DNA from: Thecamonas trahens ATCC 50062
Taxonomy: Eukaryota; Protista; Apusomonadida
Direction of reading: 5' to 3'
Length of the DNA stretch: 64,000 nucleotides
NCBI RefSeq assembly: GCF_000142905.1
Contig: NW_013657674.1
Location: forward strand, 29,787-93,786
Shown piece by piece: positions 32,649-42,635 of this stretch (positions within the stretch are counted from its first letter, which is position 1; each line of letters starts with the position of its first letter). Below the pieces are notes generated by a model. It did not search any database. It was not told the DNA's origin and saw nothing but the letters and a program-made list of their open reading frames with translations. Made by a program: the position numbers and the translations under genes.

Positions 32649-35600
32649 TTACACCAAAAGCGAGATCATCGGAGCAAAGATGTCACGGAGGTTCGACCAA
32701 ACGGTAGCATGCGAGGTACCCGACTTGCGCACAATGTCGGCCTGCTGGTTGGCATCGGCGAGGAGGTAGGCGGTGAGGAGGTTGGCATCAAGGACTGGGC
32801 GACCGTAGTTTTGCTTGCCGTCAAAGTTGGCGAGCGGCTGGCGGAAGGCGACCGGGTGCAGGCCGCCGGCGTGCGGGATCGAGGTGACCAGGTGCGAGTG
32901 GAGCATGGCGAGGCGCTTGTACATCATTTCGTCGACTGGCAGGAGCATGCCGATCGAGCCGTCGGCCGAGCACACGATGTTGACGTGCGTCTCGCCGCTC
33001 GACGTCATCGGCTGTGGGAAGACGGTGCGGATGAGCGTAGTTGCCATCGAGCCGAGGTGGAACGTGGTCCGCCTCAGGAGCTTGCGGCCCTTGCGCGAGT
33101 CGATGACCGTGTCCATCAGTGAGTACAACCGCAGGTTGCGGGCGTCGTCGGCCACGACGTAATGCATGTCCTTGCCGTCGACCATAAACTCGGCGGTGAC
33201 CACATTGAGCGAATCGTAGTCGCGGGCGAGCAGGTGGACCGTCGCATCCGACGAGCGGAAGAAGAAGACAAAGATCGACTTCATGACGTCGCCCATCATG
33301 ACGTAGTCTTTGAGTGCCGTCAGCTGGGTTGTCAACATCGGTGCGTCGTGGAATGTCGTCTCCTCGAGCAGCTCCTTGGCCGCGTTGTACACGTAGCCGA
33401 GCAGCGTCTGCTCGATGCCGGCCAGCAAGATGCCGCGCGCCACCGTCACCTGAGTCACTCCGCCCTTGCACGCCTTGTCAGCCCTCAGCTTGAACCGCCG
33501 GTTGGTCCATGGCTTGCCGGGCTCAGGAACCACAGGCACGACCTCAAACACCAGCAGCCGCCCGTACACCTTGTTCTCCTCGCCCTTCAGGACCGAGGTA
33601 CCGGCCACGAGGTAGTCGCCCCACTCGCCGGCAGTCGTCTCGTCAAACGTGCGGTGGCCCGAGTCGCGGTGCCGGAGCTGGACATGCTTGAGGACCGAGA
33701 TGTGCTCGTACGGCTTGAGGTCGGCCCACACGTCGATGACCTCCCACACGCCCGGCGCAAAGAGGACGAGCTCAAAGACGTCCAGCGTTGGCATTGCCGC
33801 GTTCGGCGGCGGCGGGAGCTCTTCCGGCGGGTTGGGCGGGTCGTGCTCCTTGTTGCGCTGCGGCGACGGGTGCGTCCGCTTGATCTCCTCGTGCGAGAGC
33901 GCCACCGCCACCGTGTTGGACGTCGGGTGCGAAGCGACTGCCCGCGGCGTGCCCGGGTGCTGCATCGCCACCTTGGTCACCACCATGTCGTGCTCCAGAT
34001 CGGCCGCCTTGGGCAGCGTTGAAAACTTGATGGCGCCAGACTCGGCCACGTACGAGAACCCGCGCTCCACACTCGCCGAGTGGTACGGCGTGAATGACCG
34101 CACTGGTCCGTCGACATGCATGGCGTGGATCCGCAGGTACGACCGCTCAAAGGTGCAGAGCATCGGGTTAAGCCCAGCCACAAAGATGCCCGACTGCCCG
34201 GCGACGTTGTCAAACGGAATGATTCGCCCGTACGAGATGCCGCCGGCTCCGGCCGCCACCCGGCTCTCCTCCTCCTGCACAAACCGGTGCTGCACCTTGC
34301 GGAGACGGATGGCCACGTGCGGCTTGCGGACGGCCGCAAGCCCGCCCTCGCTCTCGCCCTCGCCCTCGCCCTCAAACGCAGACGAAATGTCGCCGTCGTC
34401 GTAGTGAAACGCCTCGTAGAACACAATGTCATTCGACGAAAGGAACGCCACCAGGTACGCCCGAGGCCCACACGTCACCAGCGCCAGCTCGGTCACCTGC
34501 GTCGCCTCGGCATCAAACGAGGCAATGTTCGGCAGTGCAACCTGCGGCGTGTCCGTCACCAGCGCCGGCGCATGGCTAAAGTACGGGAACGCAAACGCGA
34601 GCGTGAGCTCCGGAAGGTGACGCAGCTCGAGCGTTCCGTTCCGCCGCGCCACCACAAGGTACACCTCGGACGACTCAAACTGGAGATCGGCCTCTTGCGC
34701 GCCCGCAGTTGCGCCCGACGGCGCCGACGCGTCGTCGCCACCTGCGCCCGGTCCCGTTCCCGATCCAGCGCTGCTGCTCGCCTCGGCTGCAGGCGTTGCG
34801 CCTGGCTCCGCCGCGGGCTGCGACGACGCCGCCGACGGCCCGGTGCCAGCGGCGCCGCGGTTGAGCGAGTCGAGAGTAAAGCCAGTTGGTGCGTACAGCT
34901 CCTCGTCCGAGTCGTAGTCGCCGGCGACGGCTCCCGCCTCCGGCGCGGCGTCTTCGCCGCCTGCCGCCGCCTGCCGCTGGCTGCGGGCGGCGCGGGCGGC
35001 GTCGACAAACGCGTCCGAGACGGCGGTCACACCGGCTTTGTCGGCAAAGAGCGAGGCCGCGGCAATCGACGAGACCGCAAGGTCCGGCGGCAGCTCCAGG
35101 ACGTCGAGCAGCATCGACTCGGCCGATGCACGGAGCACCACAATGTCGTCGGACGAGAGCCGGAGGACAACGTAGGGGTCCGCGACAAAGGCGGCAACCA
35201 CTGTGCCGCCGCCGAGCCGTGCGCTCATGCCGCCGACGCCCTTCTTGGCAAGCGCCGAGAGCTCGGCAACGCTCAGCTCTTGGGTGTTGGACACATCGTT
35301 GAGCAGCCGCAGACCTGTCGGATAGACTTGGATCGTCCGCCGCGCCTCGAGCAGCGGCGCCACCAGCACGGTCGGGCCCTCGAGGTAGTAGTCGAGCTCG
35401 GTGGTGACCTCGGAGATGGAGAAGCCTGCCGACGAGAGCACAATCGTCGCATCAGCCGACGAGACCACAAAGTACTTGTGCCACGAAAAGTCGACGGGAA
35501 TGCGCTCGGTGTGCTCGACCATGCCGCCCGCGACCACGGTGCCGTCATCCTCTGCCGCACCCGTCGCCATTGGCGCTGGCTGGGCCTCCTCGTCGCCGGC

Positions 35601-37940
35601 AGTGGTCGGCTCCTTGGCAGAGCCCTCTTCATACGCGTCGCGCCCACGCTTGCCGAGCACCGACGACGGCTCGCTCGGCTCGCTTGTGGGAGCGACGTCA
35701 TTGTCGCCGCCCTCGACAGTGGTCGGCACGGGCGCCGGCACCATCACCGTCTGGGTCAGGAACCTGGGGTTCTTCTCGGCTGCCGGATCGCGGACCTCAA
35801 CCGCCCATGCGGCCGAGCCCAGGAGCGAGAGCGTCGACATGGTGTCGGGCCGAATGCCTGTGGAGAGGACCGCCAGCGCACCAGAGCGCTCCTGCCCACA
35901 GCACACCACAAGCTCGGTGAGCTCGCCGATGCCGGCCTCGTAGACAGCGCCAAAGGTGGTTTCGCACGCGCGCGAGAGCGTCGCAGAGGTGATCGGCCCG
36001 ATGTTGGTGATGCGGTCGCAGATGCGGAACTCGTACTCGTCGTGCGCCTTGCGCCCGAGTAGCGGGCCGGCCTGCGAGAGCTCTTGCGCGGCCTGCCGCC
36101 GCAGCTGGGCCAGCGTCGTGTCGGCCACAAAATCTTCAGCAGACTCGCCAAAGATGGCCACGTCCTCGTCGTCGACCTCGAGTTGCGGGAGCGTGACCGG
36201 CGGCCGCGGCGCAAACGCCGCCCCTGGCGAGAGCGGCGGGAGCAAGTCAGCGGCGGCAGCGGCGGCCCCGGCTACGTCGCCGGCTGCCGACTTTTGCCGC
36301 TTGGACGGCGGCGCAGCAGCACCACCATCATCGTTGTCGTTGTCGTCATCGGCGGCAGCGGCGGCGGCGCCGGTGGAGGCAAGAGTCTTGCCCTCGTCGT
36401 CGTTGGCCGTGACTTCGACCATAGCCTCGGCAGCCGGCGGATCCTCGGTCACCATGTCCTGAACGCCGTTGTCTTCGTTCTGAGCAGACTCGGCCTCAGC
36501 AGCTGGCTCAGCTTCGGCAATGGTGGCGGCGACGTTGGCAGCCTCTGCCGCCGCGGCTGCAGCGGCGGCGAGAGCCTTGGCCTCGGCCTCTGCAGCGAGG
36601 TCGCGGACGCGAAAGGCGATGAGCAGGGCATCGCCGACGTGCGAGCCGTGGAAGAAGAGATGGGGCGAGAGAGCGACAATGGTGGAGGCGCGGATGCAGC
36701 CGCCCACTTTGGTTAGCGTCAGCTTAATGCCCTCAGCCGGGCGCGGGCGCATATGAAGCATAAAGATGTCGCCGGACGGGTTGACCACAATGATGTTCTG
36801 CGGGTCAAGGACCGCGGCGGCCGAAGGCTGGAGGTTAAAGGCAAAGCCAGTGTCGCCAAGGAGGAACGGGTAAGAGCCGTCGTTGTCAAAGGCGTAGCCA
36901 TTGACGGCGAGTCCGGCCCCGAGGTTCTGGTGGTAGTGCAGGATGGCGTTGTTGGTGAGGACAACGGCGCCACCAATGGGCTGCGGGACGGCGACAAGCT
37001 TGAAAGCCGAGTGCGAGAGGCCCTCGGCGTGCCAGATGACCGGAAACGTCCGGGTTTGCATGTTGAGCGAGATGGCGGCGAGCCGGCAGTTGTCGAACGA
37101 GTCCGACATGCGGCCTTCAAAGTTGAGGTCCGAGGCAAAGAGAACTAGAACCGTCGGCTCGTAGTAGCCGTGCAAAAAGACGACGTCCATGATGTACCGC
37201 ATGTTCGGGTCGACCTCGAGCAGGTCGACCACAAACGACGACCGGATAGGCGCCTTGCTCACGCCCGAGCCGGTTGACGCCTTGGCCTCGGACGGCCCAG
37301 CAGCGGCCCGGCCTGCCGCGCCAGCGCCACCAGCCGGTGCGCCCTCGCCGAGTTCCTTGAACGGCATGATGGCGAGCTTGGTGTTGTAAATGGGCATGGC
37401 AGCGCAGCGGTTGTCCGGATCGACCACAGCCTTGGGGTTGGGGAAGAACTGGACCCGCGAAGAGCGAAGCTCATCCGACTCGAACAGGTGCATCGAGGTG
37501 GTGACAAACTCGTGGCGCGAGGCGTCCCACTGGACGACAGTGACCTTGGCCTCGGGCAGCGAGATAAGCAGCGAGTCGTAGCTCGAGCCCGGGAAGCGGA
37601 CAGCCTCCAGCGCCACAACCCGCCCATGCAGCGAGAGTTCGGCAACAAGCTCGAGCTTGGCATGGGAGACCGCGTCAAAGCCGTCGGTATCCTGAACATG
37701 AGCACGACCAGCAGCAGTAGCAGCAGCGGCGCCAGCAGCAGCAGCAGCACCACCACCACCACCCCCAGCAGGACTCTCGTCACCATGCTTGTTGTCGGGA
37801 AGAACGAGCGAGTAGACACACACCTTTGTCCCACGAGCCGTCGCCAGGTTGACACTGGTAGTGTGCGGCAGGAAGAAGCCCCGGGTGGCCACGTCGACCC
37901 CTGTCGGGCCCTGCAGCTCCTTGTACACAGAGTCAGCCAT
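32649..37940 (-). CDS. CPSF1: Cleavage and polyadenylation specificity factor subunit 1 (CPSF160)
   Basis: FVTTSMHLFE, VDPDNRCAAM, FLHGYYEPT, ELVVCCG, GRLLVFEVVPVVPEPGKP, GDVMKSI, GRKLLRRTTFHLG, PHAGGLHPVAFR. Confidence 0.94.
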   Translation of the reverse strand: MADSVYKELQGPTGVDVATRGFFLPHTTSVNLATARGTKVCVYSLVLPDNKHGDESPAGGGGGGAAAAAGAAAATAAGRAHVQDTDGFDAVSHAKLELVAELSLHGRVVALEAVRFPGSSYDSLLISLPEAKVTVVQWDASRHEFVTTSMHLFESDELRSSRVQFFPNPKAVVDPDNRCAAMPIYNTKLAIMPFKELGEGAPAGGAGAAGRAAAGPSEAKASTGSGVSKAPIRSSFVVDLLEVDPNMRYIMDVVFLHGYYEPTVLVLFASDLNFEGRMSDSFDNCRLAAISLNMQTRTFPVIWHAEGLSHSAFKLVAVPQPIGGAVVLTNNAILHYHQNLGAGLAVNGYAFDNDGSYPFLLGDTGFAFNLQPSAAAVLDPQNIIVVNPSGDIFMLHMRPRPAEGIKLTLTKVGGCIRASTIVALSPHLFFHGSHVGDALLIAFRVRDLAAEAEAKALAAAAAAAAEAANVAATIAEAEPAAEAESAQNEDNGVQDMVTEDPPAAEAMVEVTANDDEGKTLASTGAAAAAADDDNDNDDGGAAAPPSKRQKSAAGDVAGAAAAAADLLPPLSPGAAFAPRPPVTLPQLEVDDEDVAIFGESAEDFVADTTLAQLRRQAAQELSQAGPLLGRKAHDEYEFRICDRITNIGPITSATLSRACETTFGAVYEAGIGELTELVVCCGQERSGALAVLSTGIRPDTMSTLSLLGSAAWAVEVRDPAAEKNPRFLTQTVMVPAPVPTTVEGGDNDVAPTSEPSEPSSVLGKRGRDAYEEGSAKEPTTAGDEEAQPAPMATGAAEDDGTVVAGGMVEHTERIPVDFSWHKYFVVSSADATIVLSSAGFSISEVTTELDYYLEGPTVLVAPLLEARRTIQVYPTGLRLLNDVSNTQELSVAELSALAKKGVGGMSARLGGGTVVAAFVADPYVVLRLSSDDIVVLRASAESMLLDVLELPPDLAVSSIAAASLFADKAGVTAVSDAFVDAARAARSQRQAAAGGEDAAPEAGAVAGDYDSDEELYAPTGFTLDSLNRGAAGTGPSAASSQPAAEPGATPAAEASSSAGSGTGPGAGGDDASAPSGATAGAQEADLQFESSEVYLVVARRNGTLELRHLPELTLAFAFPYFSHAPALVTDTPQVALPNIASFDAEATQVTELALVTCGPRAYLVAFLSSNDIVFYEAFHYDDGDISSAFEGEGEGESEGGLAAVRKPHVAIRLRKVQHRFVQEEESRVAAGAGGISYGRIIPFDNVAGQSGIFVAGLNPMLCTFERSYLRIHAMHVDGPVRSFTPYHSASVERGFSYVAESGAIKFSTLPKAADLEHDMVVTKVAMQHPGTPRAVASHPTSNTVAVALSHEEIKRTHPSPQRNKEHDPPNPPEELPPPPNAAMPTLDVFELVLFAPGVWEVIDVWADLKPYEHISVLKHVQLRHRDSGHRTFDETTAGEWGDYLVAGTSVLKGEENKVYGRLLVFEVVPVVPEPGKPWTNRRFKLRADKACKGGVTQVTVARGILLAGIEQTLLGYVYNAAKELLEETTFHDAPMLTTQLTALKDYVMMGDVMKSIFVFFFRSSDATVHLLARDYDSLNVVTAEFMVDGKDMHYVVADDARNLRLYSLMDTVIDSRKGRKLLRRTTFHLGSMATTLIRTVFPQPMTSSGETHVNIVCSADGSIGMLLPVDEMMYKRLAMLHSHLVTSIPHAGGLHPVAFRQPLANFDGKQNYGRPVLDANLLTAYLLADANQQADIVRKSGTSHATVWSNLRDIFAPMISLLV

Positions 37941-38176
37941 AGCAGAGCAGCGGGTAGGGGAGCGGAGGGGGGGGGGGGAGGGGGGGAGGGGGGCGTTGAC
38001 TACGTGTGGGCTGGGAGTATGGGTGACGTCTAGGTGGAGGTGGGGAGGAGTGTTGGGGTGTGGTGGCAGTAAGCGGCGGAGGGGAGAGGGGAGAGGGGAG
38101 AGGGGGGCGGGGGGGGGGCCCTCGGCTGGTGTGTGCTGTGATGGGTCTTGCTTTGATCAGCCGTGGTGTGATGACT

Positions 38177-38227
38177 CGGTTGATCAACGCCGGTTGATCA
38201 ACGCCGGTTGATCAACGCCGGTTGATC
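38177..38227. repeat. 14-bp tandem repeat CGGTTGATCAACGC x3.6 with palindromic core GTTGATCAAC
   Basis: Read directly, in the divergent intergenic region between CPSF1 and the lebercilin-like gene. Confidence 0.9.
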
Positions 38228-38557
38228 GCACTGTTTGATATCGGAGCATGGTTGGCATCAGCCAAGTTCTGTGGCCTTGACCCGTCTGCAATCAGCCGAG
38301 TCCACCTGGTAGTCAATGTAAGGCATGCTGTCAATGGTGTCAAGAAGTCATCTCGCGTGGGTGTGACCAAACCAAGCCATTGGCGCCAACTCGTCACCGA
38401 ACGCGCCCCATTCCCCGCCACCCGCCACCCGCTCACCACTCCTTCGGTCCTTGGGCGACCGACCGGGAGACAGAGCGCGCCACACTCCACGTCCTCCCCT
38501 CCCCTCCCCCCTCCCCGCCCCTTCTCCCCCTCCTCCTCCACTCCACCTCCTTCAAAC

Positions 38558-41368
38558 ATGGCCTACGAGTCGGACTTTGACTCGGACGACTTTGACATTG
38601 ACCTCGACGACGAGCTGGAGAACCTGTCCGACTCACGCGCCTCGTCTCCGGGCGGCTATGCTGCCTCTCACGTTCTCGCTCGGACTCCTTCGTCTAGGAC
38701 GTCTTTGACATACGCCGCCGGCTCACCACATGCGTCTGCCTCGCCGCTCGGCTCGCCGCTTGGCTCGGGGCGCGGCTCACCGCTCGGCTCAGGACGCGGC
38801 TTGGCTTCACCGGGCGCGACCGGTGGTGGGGAGGGAGTTGGATCGCGGACAAGCACGCCGGGGGCATCGCCTGCTCCGCAACCAGAGCCTTTGCCAGAAC
38901 TGGATGTGATGGCGGATGTGACGCCGCGTCCGCCGAGCTCGCACCGGTCGATCGGCTCGCGAGCGAGTTCGCGGGCGAGTTCGCGGGCGAGTTCGCGGGC
39001 GAGCTCACGTGGCGGATTTACAACGCCGCGGGGACCAGGCGGTGCGGCGCACTTTGCGTGGGATGACGACGTGGATGAGGCGACGACGGCCGCGGTGCGG
39101 AGTCGGTACGTGGGTGGCGCGGGCGTGGTGCCGTCGCGGCGGCGGATCGGGTCTGCGTCGTCGGCACGGTCTGCGGCGTCGGCACGGTCTGCGGCGTCTG
39201 CCTCGTCGGCACGGTCGGCGCGATCGGCGCGGTCGGCACGGTCGCGGGTCTCACACATGTCGCGTGGGCCGAAGCGGCGGCCGCGCATTCCGCCGCGGGC
39301 CGCGGATCCGGTCACACTCTCGCTGTTTGAGCAGCACCAGGCCGAGGTCCACGAGCTGGAAAACCAAATGCGCGAGAAAGATGATGCCATTGCGCGACTG
39401 GTGGAGGAGAACAAGACACTGGCCCGGATGCAGAAACAGACCGAGCGTGGCCTCCGCGACATGGAGCGCCAGTCGGGCGACATCCCAAAGATCATGCGAC
39501 GGTACTCGGAAGAGGTTCGTGTGCTCAAGGAGAAGAACAAGCGGTACAAGGAGCGGATGGTCAAGGTAGAGCGGATTGCCCGGGTCAAGGACGAACGGCT
39601 CAACAAGTACATGGACCGGTGCGACAAGCTCATGACCATTCTCAAGGCCAAGGAGCTCGGCGAGCGCCATGAGCTTGCCAAGGAGCTGGAGAAAATCGAG
39701 GCCGAGGTCCGCACCAAAGATGCCACCATCGCCGACCTCCACCGCCACATTGCGAACCTGAACAACACCCACGCCCACACCGAGCGCAAGTACCGCAAGA
39801 AGCTCAAGATTGCCCTCACTGAGCTCCAGTCGGCGCGCGACAGACTCGGCGAGCTCGAGAACCAGGACAAGAAGCACATGGAACAGCTGCTCATGCTGCA
39901 GGCCTCGGTCCCGCGCTCCCGCGTCGCCCGCTCTCCTGAACACGCAGATCCGGCATCGCCGCGGCCCAGCGGCGTGCTCTCTTCCCTCGAGCCGCACTCC
40001 TCGCCCGAGTCGCCGTCGCGGACACGCGCGCGGTCGCAGGCTGCCTCGCGATCACCCGCTTCACCGGCCTCGGCCCGTACTCGGACTTCGCCAAAGCGGC
40101 GGAGCTCGCCACCGCGCCCGGCACTGCCACGTGATGCTGCCGCCGCCACGAGCCCGCGCTCCAAGCCGAGTCCCAGCCCCAAGCAAAGCCCCAGCCCCAA
40201 GCCGAGTCCGAGCCCAAGCGCAAGTCCGCTGCCGGGCTCGCCAGCGCCCAAGCCTGCCATCGATCCTACGCCGCCTGCTCGTGAATCGAGCCTGCCCTCG
40301 ACTTCGTCATCGGGCGTGTTCAAGACCTTTTCGTTCGACGCTTCGGGGCCTGCTCGAAACCCGCCGTCGACCAAGATTGCCGAGCTTCCAGACGTGGCTG
40401 CCATGAAATCGTCCGAGCCCCCGCCTGCGCCTGCATCCGCACCTGCGCCTGCGCCCGCTGCTGCCGTCGCTATACCGGCTGCACCGGCACCCACGTCTGA
40501 ACCCAGTCCTGCACAGGCCACCGAGCCAACGCCGCCCGCTCGGCCGCCGACCGCAACCAAGGTGCGGTCGTCACTCTTCTCGTTCCCCAAGGCCACTGTG
40601 GTCAACGCGAACGAGAGCAGCGCCACTGCTGGCAACGGCGCGTCGCGGCCGTCGACTTCGACCACCACCGCGCCCCGGCCCAACTTTGGCTTTGCCAGCA
40701 GTGTGGTCAACAAGCCTCCGTCGACGGCTTCGCCCGCCGCCGCCATGGGATGGTCGGCAGATGCTGTGCGCGCGCCCGCTGCAGCCCCTGCCCTTGCCCC
40801 TGCCCCGGCCCCTGCTGCAGCACCAGTCCCGGCTCCGGCTCCGACTCCGACTCCGGTCCCGGCTCCGGCTGCCGCTGCATCGCGCCCGCCGCTACGCCCG
40901 CAGAACTTCGAGGCAACCACCGTGACAGCGCTGCCAGCGGCATCAGAGCCAAAGCCGGCGGCACTCCCAGTCTGGCTGCAAGGCAGCAGCGGACGGACCG
41001 GTGCCAGCCCACGACCTGCTGGGCCACCAGTCACGCCACAGCCGGCATCTGCGCCGGCGCCAGCGCCAGCCGCCCAGCCGGCGGCTTTCGCCGCAGCGCC
41101 AAACGACAAGCCATCGCCACCGGTTGGCCGGCGCGGGCGGACCAACTTTTTCGGCTCAGCGGGCGGGGGCGGCACCGGAGCTGCCTCGGCATCGCCGGCT
41201 GCTGCGCCGACAACCTCGATCTTTGCCACCGGCGGCAGCTCGGGCAGTGTCGCCGGCGGCGGCACAACGTCGATCTTTGGCGGAGCGGGCGGGGGCAGCA
41301 CGGTGTCGTCGTTTGCCTACGTACCCGGCGGCGCCGGGGGAGGCCGACGTAAGCGTCCTCTGTGGTAA
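38558..41368 (+). CDS. Lebercilin (LCA5)-domain ciliary coiled-coil protein
   Basis: ENKTLARMQKQTERGLRDME..SGDIPKIMRRYSEEVRVLKE matches the lebercilin domain pattern; flanks are Ser/Pro/Ala low-complexity. Confidence 0.72.
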   Translation: MAYESDFDSDDFDIDLDDELENLSDSRASSPGGYAASHVLARTPSSRTSLTYAAGSPHASASPLGSPLGSGRGSPLGSGRGLASPGATGGGEGVGSRTSTPGASPAPQPEPLPELDVMADVTPRPPSSHRSIGSRASSRASSRASSRASSRGGFTTPRGPGGAAHFAWDDDVDEATTAAVRSRYVGGAGVVPSRRRIGSASSARSAASARSAASASSARSARSARSARSRVSHMSRGPKRRPRIPPRAADPVTLSLFEQHQAEVHELENQMREKDDAIARLVEENKTLARMQKQTERGLRDMERQSGDIPKIMRRYSEEVRVLKEKNKRYKERMVKVERIARVKDERLNKYMDRCDKLMTILKAKELGERHELAKELEKIEAEVRTKDATIADLHRHIANLNNTHAHTERKYRKKLKIALTELQSARDRLGELENQDKKHMEQLLMLQASVPRSRVARSPEHADPASPRPSGVLSSLEPHSSPESPSRTRARSQAASRSPASPASARTRTSPKRRSSPPRPALPRDAAAATSPRSKPSPSPKQSPSPKPSPSPSASPLPGSPAPKPAIDPTPPARESSLPSTSSSGVFKTFSFDASGPARNPPSTKIAELPDVAAMKSSEPPPAPASAPAPAPAAAVAIPAAPAPTSEPSPAQATEPTPPARPPTATKVRSSLFSFPKATVVNANESSATAGNGASRPSTSTTTAPRPNFGFASSVVNKPPSTASPAAAMGWSADAVRAPAAAPALAPAPAPAAAPVPAPAPTPTPVPAPAAAASRPPLRPQNFEATTVTALPAASEPKPAALPVWLQGSSGRTGASPRPAGPPVTPQPASAPAPAPAAQPAAFAAAPNDKPSPPVGRRGRTNFFGSAGGGGTGAASASPAAAPTTSIFATGGSSGSVAGGGTTSIFGGAGGGSTVSSFAYVPGGAGGGRRKRPLW

Positions 41369-41381
41369 ATCGAGCAGCTGT

Positions 41382-42134
41382 TCAGGCAACAGTTGCATTT
41401 ATGGCGCCTGGCGGAGGGAACGGCGGCGGCGAGTCGGCGCGCGCGCCGGCAGTGGCGCGATGGCGGTCGATGAGGCCCTCGGCGGTGGCGAGGATGTTGA
41501 TGATGAGCGGATCGGCTACGTGCTTAAATATGCCCGAGAACGACAGACCCGACGGCACCCCAATGTCAGAGAGGTGGATGCGGGGAAGGCGAACGTCGCG
41601 CGGGAGTGACGGATCCAGCTCGAGTATGTCGGGAGATGCGACGAGCGTGACAAGGCCGCGGCGGATGACAAGCTCCTCGATGACCATGAACGGGCGCATG
41701 CGATCAGCCGAATACTGCAGAATGGCATCATACACAGCTCGGACCGAGTTCCCTCGCTTGTTCATCTCAAACACAATCTGCGGCGCATCGACCACAACTG
41801 AGAGGACACGGATGACCGAGCCGGTGACGAGGGTGGCCGGCTCAAAGACGATGGAGACGTTGCCCATGGATGCCGGATGTTTTGTAAAGCCCTCCGGTAC
41901 GCCAACTGTTACACCACGTAGTCCAGCGGCTCCCACTGTGGGATGGATGTAGATGTCATCGATGGTGACCTCGGTTTGCGTAGCGTGCGAGCAGACTCGG
42001 CTCACCACCCCCAGCGCCGTATCCTGCAGCAGCGACGAGACCAGGCCCGTCCGCGAGAGCGTCACCCTGTACGCAAGCAGCAGCGCCAGAACCGCCCCGA
42101 TAGTTCCCAGCACTCTTGGCGTACAGCACTCCAT
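41382..42134 (-). CDS. Short AsmA-like protein with N-terminal TM anchor, bacterial type
   Basis: TQTEVTIDDIYIHP..G...LRGVTVGVPEGF....MGNVSIVFEPATL....IRVLSVVVDAPQIVFE and LPRIHLSDIG resemble short bacterial AsmA/DUF748-like proteins. Confidence 0.6.
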   Translation of the reverse strand: MECCTPRVLGTIGAVLALLLAYRVTLSRTGLVSSLLQDTALGVVSRVCSHATQTEVTIDDIYIHPTVGAAGLRGVTVGVPEGFTKHPASMGNVSIVFEPATLVTGSVIRVLSVVVDAPQIVFEMNKRGNSVRAVYDAILQYSADRMRPFMVIEELVIRRGLVTLVASPDILELDPSLPRDVRLPRIHLSDIGVPSGLSFSGIFKHVADPLIINILATAEGLIDRHRATAGARADSPPPFPPPGAINATVA

Positions 42135-42635
42135 CTCTCTCACCCTATTGAGTCAGGTTGTCTCTCCCCCGCCACATTGCCGCCTCTTGTAGCTACTCCA
42201 ACCCCGCCCGCCTGCCCGGCCTTTTGCTCCCGCCAACTCGGCTCATCCCCCGCTTGAACCGCTTCTGCACTCATACTTCTTGTACCCCGTAAAAAAATTA
42301 CCGATGTACCGGGCCGGCACCACAGACCCTCCCTCGCATCCTCCAAGCTGTCATACTGCCGCCGCGGCTACCTTCTTGACAGTGAGTGGGCAGTGTGGAA
42401 CGTGGGAAAAGGGTGCGTCTCCTCTGGTGCTCTGACTAGGGTATAACGAGAGCGGGTCACTGTGTCGGGGGGGGTCACGGCAGGAGCAGGATGCGGCCGC
42501 AGCCGACCGCAACGCGACACAACTCGACACGAACCAGATGACCGACAGCCACCACCGCCACCACCACCACCCGCACACCGCACCCCGCCACCCCCCACCG
42601 CTCGACACCCTCCACACCCCACCCCGTCCACTCCC

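Noticed and set aside
32588-33122. Apparent DDB1 C-terminal extension overlapping CPSF1
   Set aside because: Artefact of the frameshift near 32420; the true C-terminus ends at 32587.
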